Positions 47,901 through 56,870 of a stretch of 64,000 nucleotides of DNA are shown one piece after another. The notes beneath the pieces are model-generated. The model searched no databases. It was not told the origin of the DNA and saw only the letters and a list, made by a program, of their open reading frames with translations. How positions within the stretch are numbered: the stretch's first letter is position 1; each line of letters begins with the position of its first letter. Origin of the DNA: Lentisphaeria bacterium. GTDB lineage: Bacteria; Verrucomicrobiota; Lentisphaeria; JABSQK01; JAWLHB01. A program made the position numbers and the translations under genes. Location of the stretch: positions 62,001 to 126,000 of the forward strand of contig JAWLHB010000008.1 in NCBI GenBank assembly GCA_041690595.1. Direction: 5' to 3'.

Positions 47901-49192
47901 AGCAGCACCAGAGCGTCTCAACGCCAGTGGCCATCGATGATGCCGAGGCGGCGCTGGCCTTCCTTCAGCCACGGGTCCTACCCCGACTGGGTGCCTGGTC
48001 CTTGCGCACGATCACGGCGTTGCAGGACGCAGAGCGCCTGGCTCCCGGCTACCGCGACCTGATTGTCGCCGCCGACGGCAGCCGCAAATGGCTCTACCCT
48101 CGGGCCAACGCTGCTGAGCGCATCGCCGCCTGGCTGTGGCTGGGCGCCGAACTCCGCGACCCGGCGATGCTGACCGCAGCCCGACACTTCGGCGAGGCGA
48201 TGACCAACGACCCGGCCAGAGGCATCTACCAGGGCCCCGAAGAGGATGGACTCGGCAGCGTCTGGTACTGGCGCGATAGCGGACTCTACATGACCAACTA
48301 CACCATGCGGGTCCCGGACGGCTTTCTGCCTTTGGCGGCACACTCTGGGGAAACCATCTACCGCAACATGGCCATCCTGGCCGGCGACCAGCTGCGGCGC
48401 AGTCAGCACCCGGCCACCGGCATCCCGCGCGAGGGCTGGTTGCCGCGCCATCCGAAGCCGGGGGCGGCGCCACCGACTGGGGAATGCCTCGCCAACTGGC
48501 TCAGCCCTGTCAAGATCAACTCACGTGTTGGCTACGCGACCCTTGCCTTCGCCAAGCTCTACCATGCTACTGGCGACGCTGCCTATGCCTCCGCGTTGGA
48601 GCGTCTGGCCGCCGGGCTGTCTCGTTACCAGAACCCCGACGGATCCTTTCCACAAGATCTGCGGATCGACCGCTTTGCGCCATTCAGCCCCGTCGTCAAA
48701 GGCCACTTCCTTTACTACATTCTCAACGGGACAGCCCAGGCCGCATGCCTTTGTCCAGAAGTCCCGGAACTGGCCACGATTTCAACTCGCCTTGGGCTTC
48801 TGCTGGCCGGGTGGTTCCGCCACACTGGGGCACTTCCCTATGGTCAACCACACGGGGAGCCGCCGCAGGAGGCGGACGCATGGCGGAGCGCGACGCCGGA
48901 TGCCATCGCCGGCTTCGCCTGGCTCGCCAAACTGACCGGCGACCCCAGTTATCGGCACCTTGCCTGCCGATTGGCTGTGCAAACCCTTCTCACGACCATT
49001 GACGCACCCGATGATCCCGATGTGCATGGTGCTATCCCCATTACCTCGGCAACAGCCGACAGCGGCTGGACGGCAGGCGGCCACTTCCACTTCTGGACCA
49101 TTCTTGGCTTGGAGGCGTTGCAAGTGACCCGTTGCGCGTCAGCCGGACAGCCGCAACACGGCCAACATCCGGCCTGTGCCGGAACTGCCTGA
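47897..49192 (+). CDS. Hypothetical (alpha/alpha)6-barrel protein, six-hairpin glycosidase-like
   Basis: Helical repeats AFAKLYHATGDAAY, YQNPDGSF, WLAKLTGDPSYR. ATGA-coupled to the upstream gene. Confidence 0.6.
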   Translation: MKQHQSVSTPVAIDDAEAALAFLQPRVLPRLGAWSLRTITALQDAERLAPGYRDLIVAADGSRKWLYPRANAAERIAAWLWLGAELRDPAMLTAARHFGEAMTNDPARGIYQGPEEDGLGSVWYWRDSGLYMTNYTMRVPDGFLPLAAHSGETIYRNMAILAGDQLRRSQHPATGIPREGWLPRHPKPGAAPPTGECLANWLSPVKINSRVGYATLAFAKLYHATGDAAYASALERLAAGLSRYQNPDGSFPQDLRIDRFAPFSPVVKGHFLYYILNGTAQAACLCPEVPELATISTRLGLLLAGWFRHTGALPYGQPHGEPPQEADAWRSATPDAIAGFAWLAKLTGDPSYRHLACRLAVQTLLTTIDAPDDPDVHGAIPITSATADSGWTAGGHFHFWTILGLEALQVTRCASAGQPQHGQHPACAGTA

Positions 49193-49330
49193 GCAAGATT
49201 CTGGTACGCGGCAACGGGGGCAGCAAAAGACGTCGGCTTCAGCAGTTCCGTTGAGACGAGGCCGAAGCCATGGCACACTCGCGTCAAACCCATGGCATAC
49301 ACCTTGGTGAATAGCTTTTTGCACGTAAGC

Positions 49331-49366
49331 TTGTAATCACAGCTCCCCCGACTTATATAGTTAAGT
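49331..49366 (+). promoter_or_regulatory. Putative promoter with an inverted repeat over the -10
   Basis: TTGTAA-17-TATATA and ACTTA-N6-TAAGT (49351-49366), then an AAGGAG RBS. Confidence 0.45.
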
Positions 49367-49386
49367 ACTGGAAGAAGGAGTCCTCC

Positions 49387-50271
49387 ATGACTATCGAAAT
49401 GAACCAAGTGCATGTCCAGCCATCAGGTTTATCTCGCCCCGACGAAGAGAGCGATAGCTTCACGTTAATAGAACTGCTGGTGGTCGTCGCCATTATCGCA
49501 ATCCTCGCTTCTCTGCTGTTACCTGCTCTGGGCAAAGCTCGCGAACGAGCGCGATCCACCGCCTGCATCTCGAACCTCAAGCAGATTGGCTTGGGCGCAG
49601 CGACCTATGCCGACGACTACGCGGGGTTGGCAGCCATCTGCGAGGAGTCCGGCGGCACGCAGTCGACCGAACCGAAGCGGTATCCGCTGAACCCCGCATT
49701 CGTGTTGCTGGCCAACGACTATCTGGGCATCAGACCGAAGACAGGCAGAGTTGTTCAGTACGGCGTGCTGCGCTGTCCGAGCAAATCAGTCCAGATTTCG
49801 AACGACCTCATCACGACCTCCTATCTTGCGGGGCAATTGGTTCGGGTTTCGACGTACACAGGGCCCGACGGCAATATCGATATCGACAGCAATCCGCTGA
49901 CCAAAGAAGAAGCATGGTCCCTGTACGGGGAGGTTCCCCCAACGGGCTGGAGCAACTTCACGCTTCCGATGAATCTGTATCGGGCGGTCAACCCGTCGGC
50001 CTACGCCTTGATGTTCGATGAAGCGGTGGCGGAAGGTTTTGAGGCTTGGGACATTTGGAGTAACGGAGGTCAGCGAGCGAGTCCGCCCAGCAATCATGGC
50101 CCAACGGGGAGACCATGGATGAACGCGGTGTATGCGGATGGCAGCGTCGACAGCCAGGTCGGGAACTGGGACTTCAAAGCGGATTGCTACGGACGCGGCA
50201 ACGTCGGCCCCAATTCCACATTCGCAACGTGGTACGTACCCTTGCCGCGGCGCGCGCCATTTCCCCACTGA
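49387..50271 (+). CDS. Prepilin-type / DUF1559 protein no. 3
   Basis: [50 protein letters not shown]...NAVYADGSV. Confidence 0.92.
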   Translation: MTIEMNQVHVQPSGLSRPDEESDSFTLIELLVVVAIIAILASLLLPALGKARERARSTACISNLKQIGLGAATYADDYAGLAAICEESGGTQSTEPKRYPLNPAFVLLANDYLGIRPKTGRVVQYGVLRCPSKSVQISNDLITTSYLAGQLVRVSTYTGPDGNIDIDSNPLTKEEAWSLYGEVPPTGWSNFTLPMNLYRAVNPSAYALMFDEAVAEGFEAWDIWSNGGQRASPPSNHGPTGRPWMNAVYADGSVDSQVGNWDFKADCYGRGNVGPNSTFATWYVPLPRRAPFPH

Positions 50272-50302
50272 GTCCTCACCGCTCGAAAGATGAGTATCGT
50301 AC

Positions 50303-53300
50303 GTGAAACACTTGATGCCCTCGCCATGTGCAGTTGTCCTGATCTTCGGTTTCCTTGCGGCCGCGGCTTGGGCCGCGGAATCCTCCCCTGCGTATCGGGA
50401 AGAGATTCGCACGCCGCACTGGCAGTGGGTGGATCAACATGCCGGGGGCACAATCGACGTGCTCTTCATCACCAGCTTTCTCGGCGGTCGCGAACCCGAA
50501 GAACTGGCGCAACGCTTTGATATCGAGATCAAGGTGGTGCCGGTTTCCGCAAATCCGAGTGCCATCTCAACCGACTATGACGAGGCATACTTGGCCAAAG
50601 CGCTGGCCGCCAAGCCGGATGTCATCGTGGTATCGTACCGCGGCGCCTGGAGCAAGCTGAGCGAGGAGGCGCTGAGCGCATTGGCCAACGCAGTCGCTGA
50701 AGGAACGCCCCTGATCGCCCTTTCCGCGGCCAACGCGCCGGAGGCGCTGCGTAAAGATCCGCGGCCAGAGCTTGAACGCCAGGGCGAAGAGGTGGTGGAA
50801 CGAAACCTGGCGGTTCAGCGCCTGCACTTTCCCTGGGGGCGCGAAGGGGGACGCATCGGCCTGAACGTCAGCCGCTCTGGAGCCGGGCACTTCATCAATG
50901 TAGGTATGGGGCATGGCGCAGGTGGCAAGTTCAATTCCTTCATTCCTGGCGTCGAATCCCCCCCGGCAACGCCCGCGGAGTATGAGATCGCCTATGCTGT
51001 ATTCGCGCGGCTCATACGATGGGCGGCGAACAAGCAAACAGGGCCGGTCGGCACGTTGACGTGGCAAGGTACGCCGACGCTCGGCTCGCCACTTCCCGTC
51101 ACCGTTACATTGTCAGAACCCGCGGCCGCTGCCATTTCGCTGGAATGGGATCTGCACTCGCCGTTCGGCGAGCGCTTGGCCCAAGGCGCCGAGACGATTC
51201 CTGCGGGGACGTCCAAGGCGGTGAGTTTTGATCTTCCACTGCACCAGACGGGCGACCTAACGATCCAGTACCGGCTGCGGAGCGATAGCAAGGTGACGGA
51301 TTTCGGCGCGGCCGAGGTCCATGTCCCTTCTCCGCTCACCAATCTGGAGATCGATATCCCTGACCTGATCGCCGCCGAGGATCCGGTTTCGATCACATGG
51401 TTGGTGGAAGGAGATAGCGAGCCGGTAGATGGGTTTCTGCTACAGGTTTATGACGCAAGCGACCGGCTGGTGTCGTGGATGCGCCGCGGACCGGATGTCC
51501 GCGAGTGCCGTCTGGAGGGCTGGCACCCGCAAGACATTCGGCACCGCCTGCGGATGCTGGCGCTGGACGAAGCTGGATCTATCCTGCATGAAGAACGGGC
51601 GCCTCTGGATGTGCAGCTCGACCGTAGTCTCGATCCCTCTCGCTTCCATGTCATGGCCTGGGCTACCGAGGCCGGCGATCCGCAGGAGCAGTGGCGGTAC
51701 CATCGCCTGCGGCAGCTCGGCATCACCGCGCTGTCACCGATCGGTACGGGGATGGGGGTGCCGGAGATGGCGGCCGCCGCCGGGCTGCGACTCGCGCCAG
51801 TGAATATCTGCGTGCCGCCAGGCCGATTCAAGAAGGCGTTCGATCCCGTCAAGGAACGAGCAGCCCTGACGGCTTACAGCCAGGCCATCGCGCCGCTCTC
51901 CCCGCTTGGCTATTCCCTGGCGGACGAGCCGAGCGGCGTGGACCTGGCGGCGTTCCGCAACTGGGCCGCCGACATCATTCAGCAGCATGACCCCGGTGCT
52001 CGCGTGGGGTACTGCGGCACGCACATGAAGGTGGGCATGGACGTGCCTCGCATCCTGGCGAACTGCGACTTCATGATCCACTACTCCCCGCACTACCTCT
52101 ACACGTCGGACTTGTGGCGGGGCATCGAGCGGGACCTGCACCGGTCGTTCACGCCAAAGGGAGGCCTCAACACCGCTTACACCCATTACGTGCCTTGGGC
52201 CGATCACGAGCCCTACTGCCGCACCGTGCCGTGGCTGCTGCTCTTCGAGGAAGCCAACGGGATCTCCTATTTTGCCTCCGCGGGCGGCAATTTCAGCATT
52301 TTGGGAAGCGATCTGCGGACCACGCACGAGACGCGCTGGTGGAGCGAGGAGATCCGCGAGCTGCGGCAGGGCATCGCCACGCAACTCATTTCCATGCAAC
52401 GCGAGCATGGCGGAATTGCCTTGCTCTTCCCCACGGATCTGCCCGAACCGCTGGTTGGCTCCGCCGCCGGTGCCACGACCTTGTGGGCCGAGGCCCTGCG
52501 AGAGCTGAATCTCTCCTTCACATTCGTAAGGTCTGGAGAGCTGGCGAAGCTGGAACCGGGTACGACGCCGCTGCTCATCTGCCCGCCCGCACCTGTTCTT
52601 GCCAGCGACGAGCTTGAGGCCGTCCAACGGTATGTCGAGGCGGGCGGGGTACTGGTGGCGACGGCGCCCTTTGCGCTGGTTGCGCCCCAGCAGGCGAAAG
52701 CAACGGAGCCGCCCTTCTGGGAAGAGCAGCCCGAGGTCACTGCAAAAGCTCCGCTCCCCGAGCTCGACGAGCCGCGGGACGATGCCGCGATCGAGGAACT
52801 GCTGGAAGGGGCGCCGGTCAAAGAGCAGGAAGCTCCGCCCCCGCCCCCCGTGGCTGCAAGCCTGTTCGACATCGAACCGCTGTTCGGCCTGCGGCGCCAG
52901 CCGGCCGGCACCGCAGCGCGCGAGGAGCTTTTTGAAGCCATCGCCATGCGCTCCCGCATCCCCGCCGAGATCACTTGGGTAGAGGCGGGTGCCGAATTGT
53001 CCGCGCTCGAAGGTCGCACCGCGGGCGAATCCGGACTCATCGCTACTGAGGCAGAAGTCAGCGCCACCTTCCCTGTTCCCGACGACGATGCCCCAGAGTT
53101 TGCCAAAGATGCATTCTCGTCTCCAGCCGCGTTCCGCGTCCGCCGGGGCAGAGGAACGGCCTGGTACCTTAACGTCGTGCCGACCGCCGCGTCGGCCCGA
53201 TCACTTGCCCAGCATTTCAGAACCGTGGCCGGTGCTGCGCCGGCGCCCGCACAGGTGACGGTCGGTGATTCCCCGGCACCGGCGGTATATCTCTATCCCA

Positions 53301-54817
53301 TGGTGGGCGGTGGCGTACGTACGCTCGGAATCATCCAGGATTACGAACGCGTCAAGCCTGCACTCGAGAATAGAGAGGTCCAGACGGCGATCTACCATAA
53401 CCATGGCCCGCTGCGGTGGGCAGAACAGAACGCAACACTGAAACTGGACCAACCGGTGCACCTCTATGATATGCGCCGCAAACGATACCTGGGAGAGGTT
53501 GCGACGGCTGATTTCCTATTGCGTCCCGGACGCCCTGAGCTCTTTGCTCTGCTTCCCTACAAGGTAACGGATGTAGAGGTAAGCGCCGCGGGTTCCATCA
53601 GCGCAGGCGCCGCGTTGCAGGTGGATCTGCGCATCGCGACGGAATCGGGTAGCTGCGGCGACCACACGGTGCTGGTCCGGTTTGCACCAAACGAGGAGAC
53701 GATCGGGACCGGGTTTACGGGTACGTTCAGACTGCAAGCCGGCAAGGGCACCGTTACCGTACCTTCCACATTCAGTGATCCAAATGGAGAGTGGTTGCTT
53801 CAGGTGACCGACGTGCTCACCGGGATCCATTCAGAGACCGAGGTGCGCATAAAACCACCGGGGAATGTTGGACCGCTATTGCCCCGGAACGAGGTACAGG
53901 TCGAGAAGATCGCTCTCGACTGGCCGCGGGGCGAATGGAAGCCGTATCAGGATCCCGAGACAGAAACTCGTTCCAAGGTCGATGTCGGGGTCGGAACCAT
54001 TTCGCGCACCCCGATCAACTATGGACCGTTCAGCGGCATGATTTGCCTGCACGCAAAGAGGCTGATCGGCCTTCAGAGTCGCCAGGCCAACTATCAGTTC
54101 ACGTACATGGCCTGTAATGACTGGAAGAAGAAGGGCTGGGAGGACGAGCGCCGGATTCAGGCGCATTCTCTGTCGGGCCTGGGCATGAACCGGCCGGCGG
54201 GACATCTCTGGTACTACAACGGCTATATCGACATCTATTACGACGATGTGCGTGTAACCGGGTACCGCATTGCCGAGGTGAAGGAGGTCGATGCGGGTGA
54301 GGATGGTCGTGTCGACGTCAGCTGGGAATCGCCGGCGGGCGAAGCCGTCCTGTCATTTGGCCTTACATTAACAGGCGAGCCTCTGCTGCAGCAGCTTCAG
54401 GTGCGACCGTCCGTAGCGGTGGAATCCGTGAGGGTGGAATTCCGCTCCTACATCGGCGGCTTCGGCAATTCGGAGACCCGCTACGTGCGCACATCATTGG
54501 GCAGGAACGCCAATGTCACGGATCCGCGAGATGCGCCCTGGGCATTCTACGCCGACGATGTCAACGACCAGGCATACGGCAAGGGCATGGGTGCCGGTGC
54601 GATTCTGATACTGCCCGACGAGTGGGACCGCGTCCAGTACGGCATCACCGGCAGGCTCGAAAAGAAGGTCGATCTCCAGCCCGGCCAGACAGCGGCTTTC
54701 CATTGGGCCTTGTGGCTCTATCCTGAGCTGACCAACGAAGAAGCATTCACGGCTTTCGAACAGAGCAGAGATCAGGCAAAGAATATGCTGACTGATTTCT
54801 TTGGCGGGCAGAACTGA
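50303..54817 (+). CDS. Giant secreted GH42-like multidomain protein (1504 aa)
   Basis: Signal peptide. GYSLADEP TIM-barrel motif, trimerisation-like LLICPPAPVL..EAVQRYVEAGGVLVA, Ig-like GEWLLQVTDVLTG. Confidence 0.65.
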   Translation: MKHLMPSPCAVVLIFGFLAAAAWAAESSPAYREEIRTPHWQWVDQHAGGTIDVLFITSFLGGREPEELAQRFDIEIKVVPVSANPSAISTDYDEAYLAKALAAKPDVIVVSYRGAWSKLSEEALSALANAVAEGTPLIALSAANAPEALRKDPRPELERQGEEVVERNLAVQRLHFPWGREGGRIGLNVSRSGAGHFINVGMGHGAGGKFNSFIPGVESPPATPAEYEIAYAVFARLIRWAANKQTGPVGTLTWQGTPTLGSPLPVTVTLSEPAAAAISLEWDLHSPFGERLAQGAETIPAGTSKAVSFDLPLHQTGDLTIQYRLRSDSKVTDFGAAEVHVPSPLTNLEIDIPDLIAAEDPVSITWLVEGDSEPVDGFLLQVYDASDRLVSWMRRGPDVRECRLEGWHPQDIRHRLRMLALDEAGSILHEERAPLDVQLDRSLDPSRFHVMAWATEAGDPQEQWRYHRLRQLGITALSPIGTGMGVPEMAAAAGLRLAPVNICVPPGRFKKAFDPVKERAALTAYSQAIAPLSPLGYSLADEPSGVDLAAFRNWAADIIQQHDPGARVGYCGTHMKVGMDVPRILANCDFMIHYSPHYLYTSDLWRGIERDLHRSFTPKGGLNTAYTHYVPWADHEPYCRTVPWLLLFEEANGISYFASAGGNFSILGSDLRTTHETRWWSEEIRELRQGIATQLISMQREHGGIALLFPTDLPEPLVGSAAGATTLWAEALRELNLSFTFVRSGELAKLEPGTTPLLICPPAPVLASDELEAVQRYVEAGGVLVATAPFALVAPQQAKATEPPFWEEQPEVTAKAPLPELDEPRDDAAIEELLEGAPVKEQEAPPPPPVAASLFDIEPLFGLRRQPAGTAAREELFEAIAMRSRIPAEITWVEAGAELSALEGRTAGESGLIATEAEVSATFPVPDDDAPEFAKDAFSSPAAFRVRRGRGTAWYLNVVPTAASARSLAQHFRTVAGAAPAPAQVTVGDSPAPAVYLYPMVGGGVRTLGIIQDYERVKPALENREVQTAIYHNHGPLRWAEQNATLKLDQPVHLYDMRRKRYLGEVATADFLLRPGRPELFALLPYKVTDVEVSAAGSISAGAALQVDLRIATESGSCGDHTVLVRFAPNEETIGTGFTGTFRLQAGKGTVTVPSTFSDPNGEWLLQVTDVLTGIHSETEVRIKPPGNVGPLLPRNEVQVEKIALDWPRGEWKPYQDPETETRSKVDVGVGTISRTPINYGPFSGMICLHAKRLIGLQSRQANYQFTYMACNDWKKKGWEDERRIQAHSLSGLGMNRPAGHLWYYNGYIDIYYDDVRVTGYRIAEVKEVDAGEDGRVDVSWESPAGEAVLSFGLTLTGEPLLQQLQVRPSVAVESVRVEFRSYIGGFGNSETRYVRTSLGRNANVTDPRDAPWAFYADDVNDQAYGKGMGAGAILILPDEWDRVQYGITGRLEKKVDLQPGQTAAFHWALWLYPELTNEEAFTAFEQSRDQAKNMLTDFFGGQN

Positions 54818-54869
54818 AGAATGCCGCCCGATGCTGACCAAAAGGCGCCCGCATAATGGGGGGCACACC

Positions 54870-56870
54870 ATGGGAACCTATATGACTGAGCCAGAATCCT
54901 GCACCAACAGACTCGGCATGAAGATGCGGCCCGTTCTTGCCGGCCAATTCGAAATGGGATCGGCTGACGGCGAATTCAACGAACGGCCGGTGCATAGCGT
55001 CTGCATCTCACAGCCGTTCTTCATGTCAGCGACGCCCGTAACCAATGTCCAATACGAGGCTTACGACTCCAGCCACCGCGCTTTGCGGGGCAAGAACGGT
55101 TTATCCAATGAAGACAACGAGGCCGTCATTTTTGTTTCCTGGCACAATGCCGTCGGTTTCTGCGAATGGCTGAGCGAAAAGGAAGGGCGGCCTTACCGTC
55201 TTCCAACCGAAGCCGAATGGGAGTTTGCCTGCCGGGCAGGGACCTGCACACCCTATCATAGCGGCGAAGAGCTGCCCGAGCTCTATCATCGCGCGCAAGG
55301 CTTCTGTTGGGAACCGGTAGCTGTCGATCTGCGGGTGGGAACCACACCGCCAAACGCCTGGGGGCTGTACGACATGCACGGTCTCGTTGAGGAATGGTGC
55401 CTGGATTGGCATGGCGATTACCCGGCGGAATCAATGACAGATCCGGTGGGACCGGTTGACGGCGTTTTTCGGGTGACTCGCGGCGGCAGTCACAACACCG
55501 GCAGCCGATTTCTCCGGAGCGCGTGCCGGACAGGAACTTTGCCCGAGGACCGGAGTTGGGCAATCGGCTTTCGGGTTGTTCAGGCACCGCCTGCTGAAGG
55601 GAGAGGCCGGGAATCGGGCAGCTCAAAGGCTTGGCAGCGACAGGTTGCAGCGCTGAAAAAGGAGTGGACCCCAATTGGCGGAGCCGCCGAGGCGCCAGTC
55701 TTCTCTCCTCCACAACCTTACGTGATTCCGCCAGCACCTGACAGTGGCGAGCCGTTCTATCGTCACAACCATTGCCCGTCAATCGCGTGGTGCGACAACG
55801 GCGACCTCCTGGCCATTTGGTTTTCCACGATCAGCGAAGGCGGGCGCGAGATGACGATACTTGCCAGCCGCCGGCGGGCGGAAAGCCGCAACTGGGAGCC
55901 CGCCAGCGAGTTCTTCAATGCGCCCGGCCGCAACATGACCGGCTCCAGCCTGTTCAATGATGGAGAGGGAACGCTCTTCCACTTCAACGGATTGGGCGTG
56001 GCTGACGCATGGGCTGAATTGGCGCTGGTAATGCGGAATTCGCGCGACAACGGTGTAACCTGGTCCAAACCGCTGCTGATCGATCCCGAGCACCGGTTGG
56101 GGAATCAAGTCATCAGCGGCACATCCCTGACCGGTGACAAGATGATGATTCAGCCATGTGACGCCGTCTGGAGCGGCTCTGGCGGAACGGTTATTCACAC
56201 TAGCCGCGACGGCGGCCGTACCTGGGCAAACCCCGCCGACCAGAATCTGGAGACGCTCTTCCGCGAGAATGGTAGAGGCAACCGGATCGCCGGTATTCAT
56301 GCCGGAGTCGTTTCCCTGAAAGACGGACGGCTGATGGCGCTGGGCCGCAGTAACGACATCGACGAACGGATGCCCCTGAGCCTTTCCGACGATGGCGGAT
56401 GCTCCTGGAAGTACAATGCAAGTGAGTTCCCACCCATATCCGGCGGACAGCGCTTGGTCTTGATGCGCTTGCGGGAAGGACCGATTCTCCTTATCACCTT
56501 TACCGACGACGCCTCACGCGTGCCGCATTCCACAAACAAGGATTTCCCCAAAGCCGAACGTGTGGGCATGGTGATGAGAAGCGGCGCAGGAGATCTCTCG
56601 CGCGTTTTCGGAATGTTTGCCGCCCTTTCGTACGACGAGGGGCAAAGCTGGCCGGTGAAGAAACTCATTGCCCCGGCAAGCGGTAGCGGGACACTGGACG
56701 GTGGCGGTTGGACGGGACCGTTTACGTTCAGTCCTGCCTCGGCTGAACCGAAAGGGTATCTTGCGGCCACACAGTCTCCGGACGGCCTCATACACTTGGT
56801 ATCCAGCCGGTTGTACTATCGTTTCAATCTGGCGTGGATCGAGGACACTTCAGGAGCAGAATCATCATGA
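54870..56870 (+). CDS. FGE-sulfatase (SUMF1-like) domain fused to an Asp-box sialidase-like propeller
   Basis: FEMGS, YRLPTEAEWEFACRAG, PNAWGLYDMHG, RVTRGGS, IGFRVV. Asp boxes SRDNGVTW, SRDGGRTW, SDDGGCSW, SYDEGQSW. Start codon uncertain (54870 or 54882). Confidence 0.85.
   Translation: MGTYMTEPESCTNRLGMKMRPVLAGQFEMGSADGEFNERPVHSVCISQPFFMSATPVTNVQYEAYDSSHRALRGKNGLSNEDNEAVIFVSWHNAVGFCEWLSEKEGRPYRLPTEAEWEFACRAGTCTPYHSGEELPELYHRAQGFCWEPVAVDLRVGTTPPNAWGLYDMHGLVEEWCLDWHGDYPAESMTDPVGPVDGVFRVTRGGSHNTGSRFLRSACRTGTLPEDRSWAIGFRVVQAPPAEGRGRESGSSKAWQRQVAALKKEWTPIGGAAEAPVFSPPQPYVIPPAPDSGEPFYRHNHCPSIAWCDNGDLLAIWFSTISEGGREMTILASRRRAESRNWEPASEFFNAPGRNMTGSSLFNDGEGTLFHFNGLGVADAWAELALVMRNSRDNGVTWSKPLLIDPEHRLGNQVISGTSLTGDKMMIQPCDAVWSGSGGTVIHTSRDGGRTWANPADQNLETLFRENGRGNRIAGIHAGVVSLKDGRLMALGRSNDIDERMPLSLSDDGGCSWKYNASEFPPISGGQRLVLMRLREGPILLITFTDDASRVPHSTNKDFPKAERVGMVMRSGAGDLSRVFGMFAALSYDEGQSWPVKKLIAPASGSGTLDGGGWTGPFTFSPASAEPKGYLAATQSPDGLIHLVSSRLYYRFNLAWIEDTSGAESS

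Noticed and set aside
49293..49307. Sigma54-like TGGCAT-N5-TTGG
   Set aside because: The -12 element lacks the required GC dinucleotide.
54870..55590. Call as a true formylglycine-generating enzyme for the local sulfatases
   Set aside because: The catalytic Cys pair after RGGS is absent.
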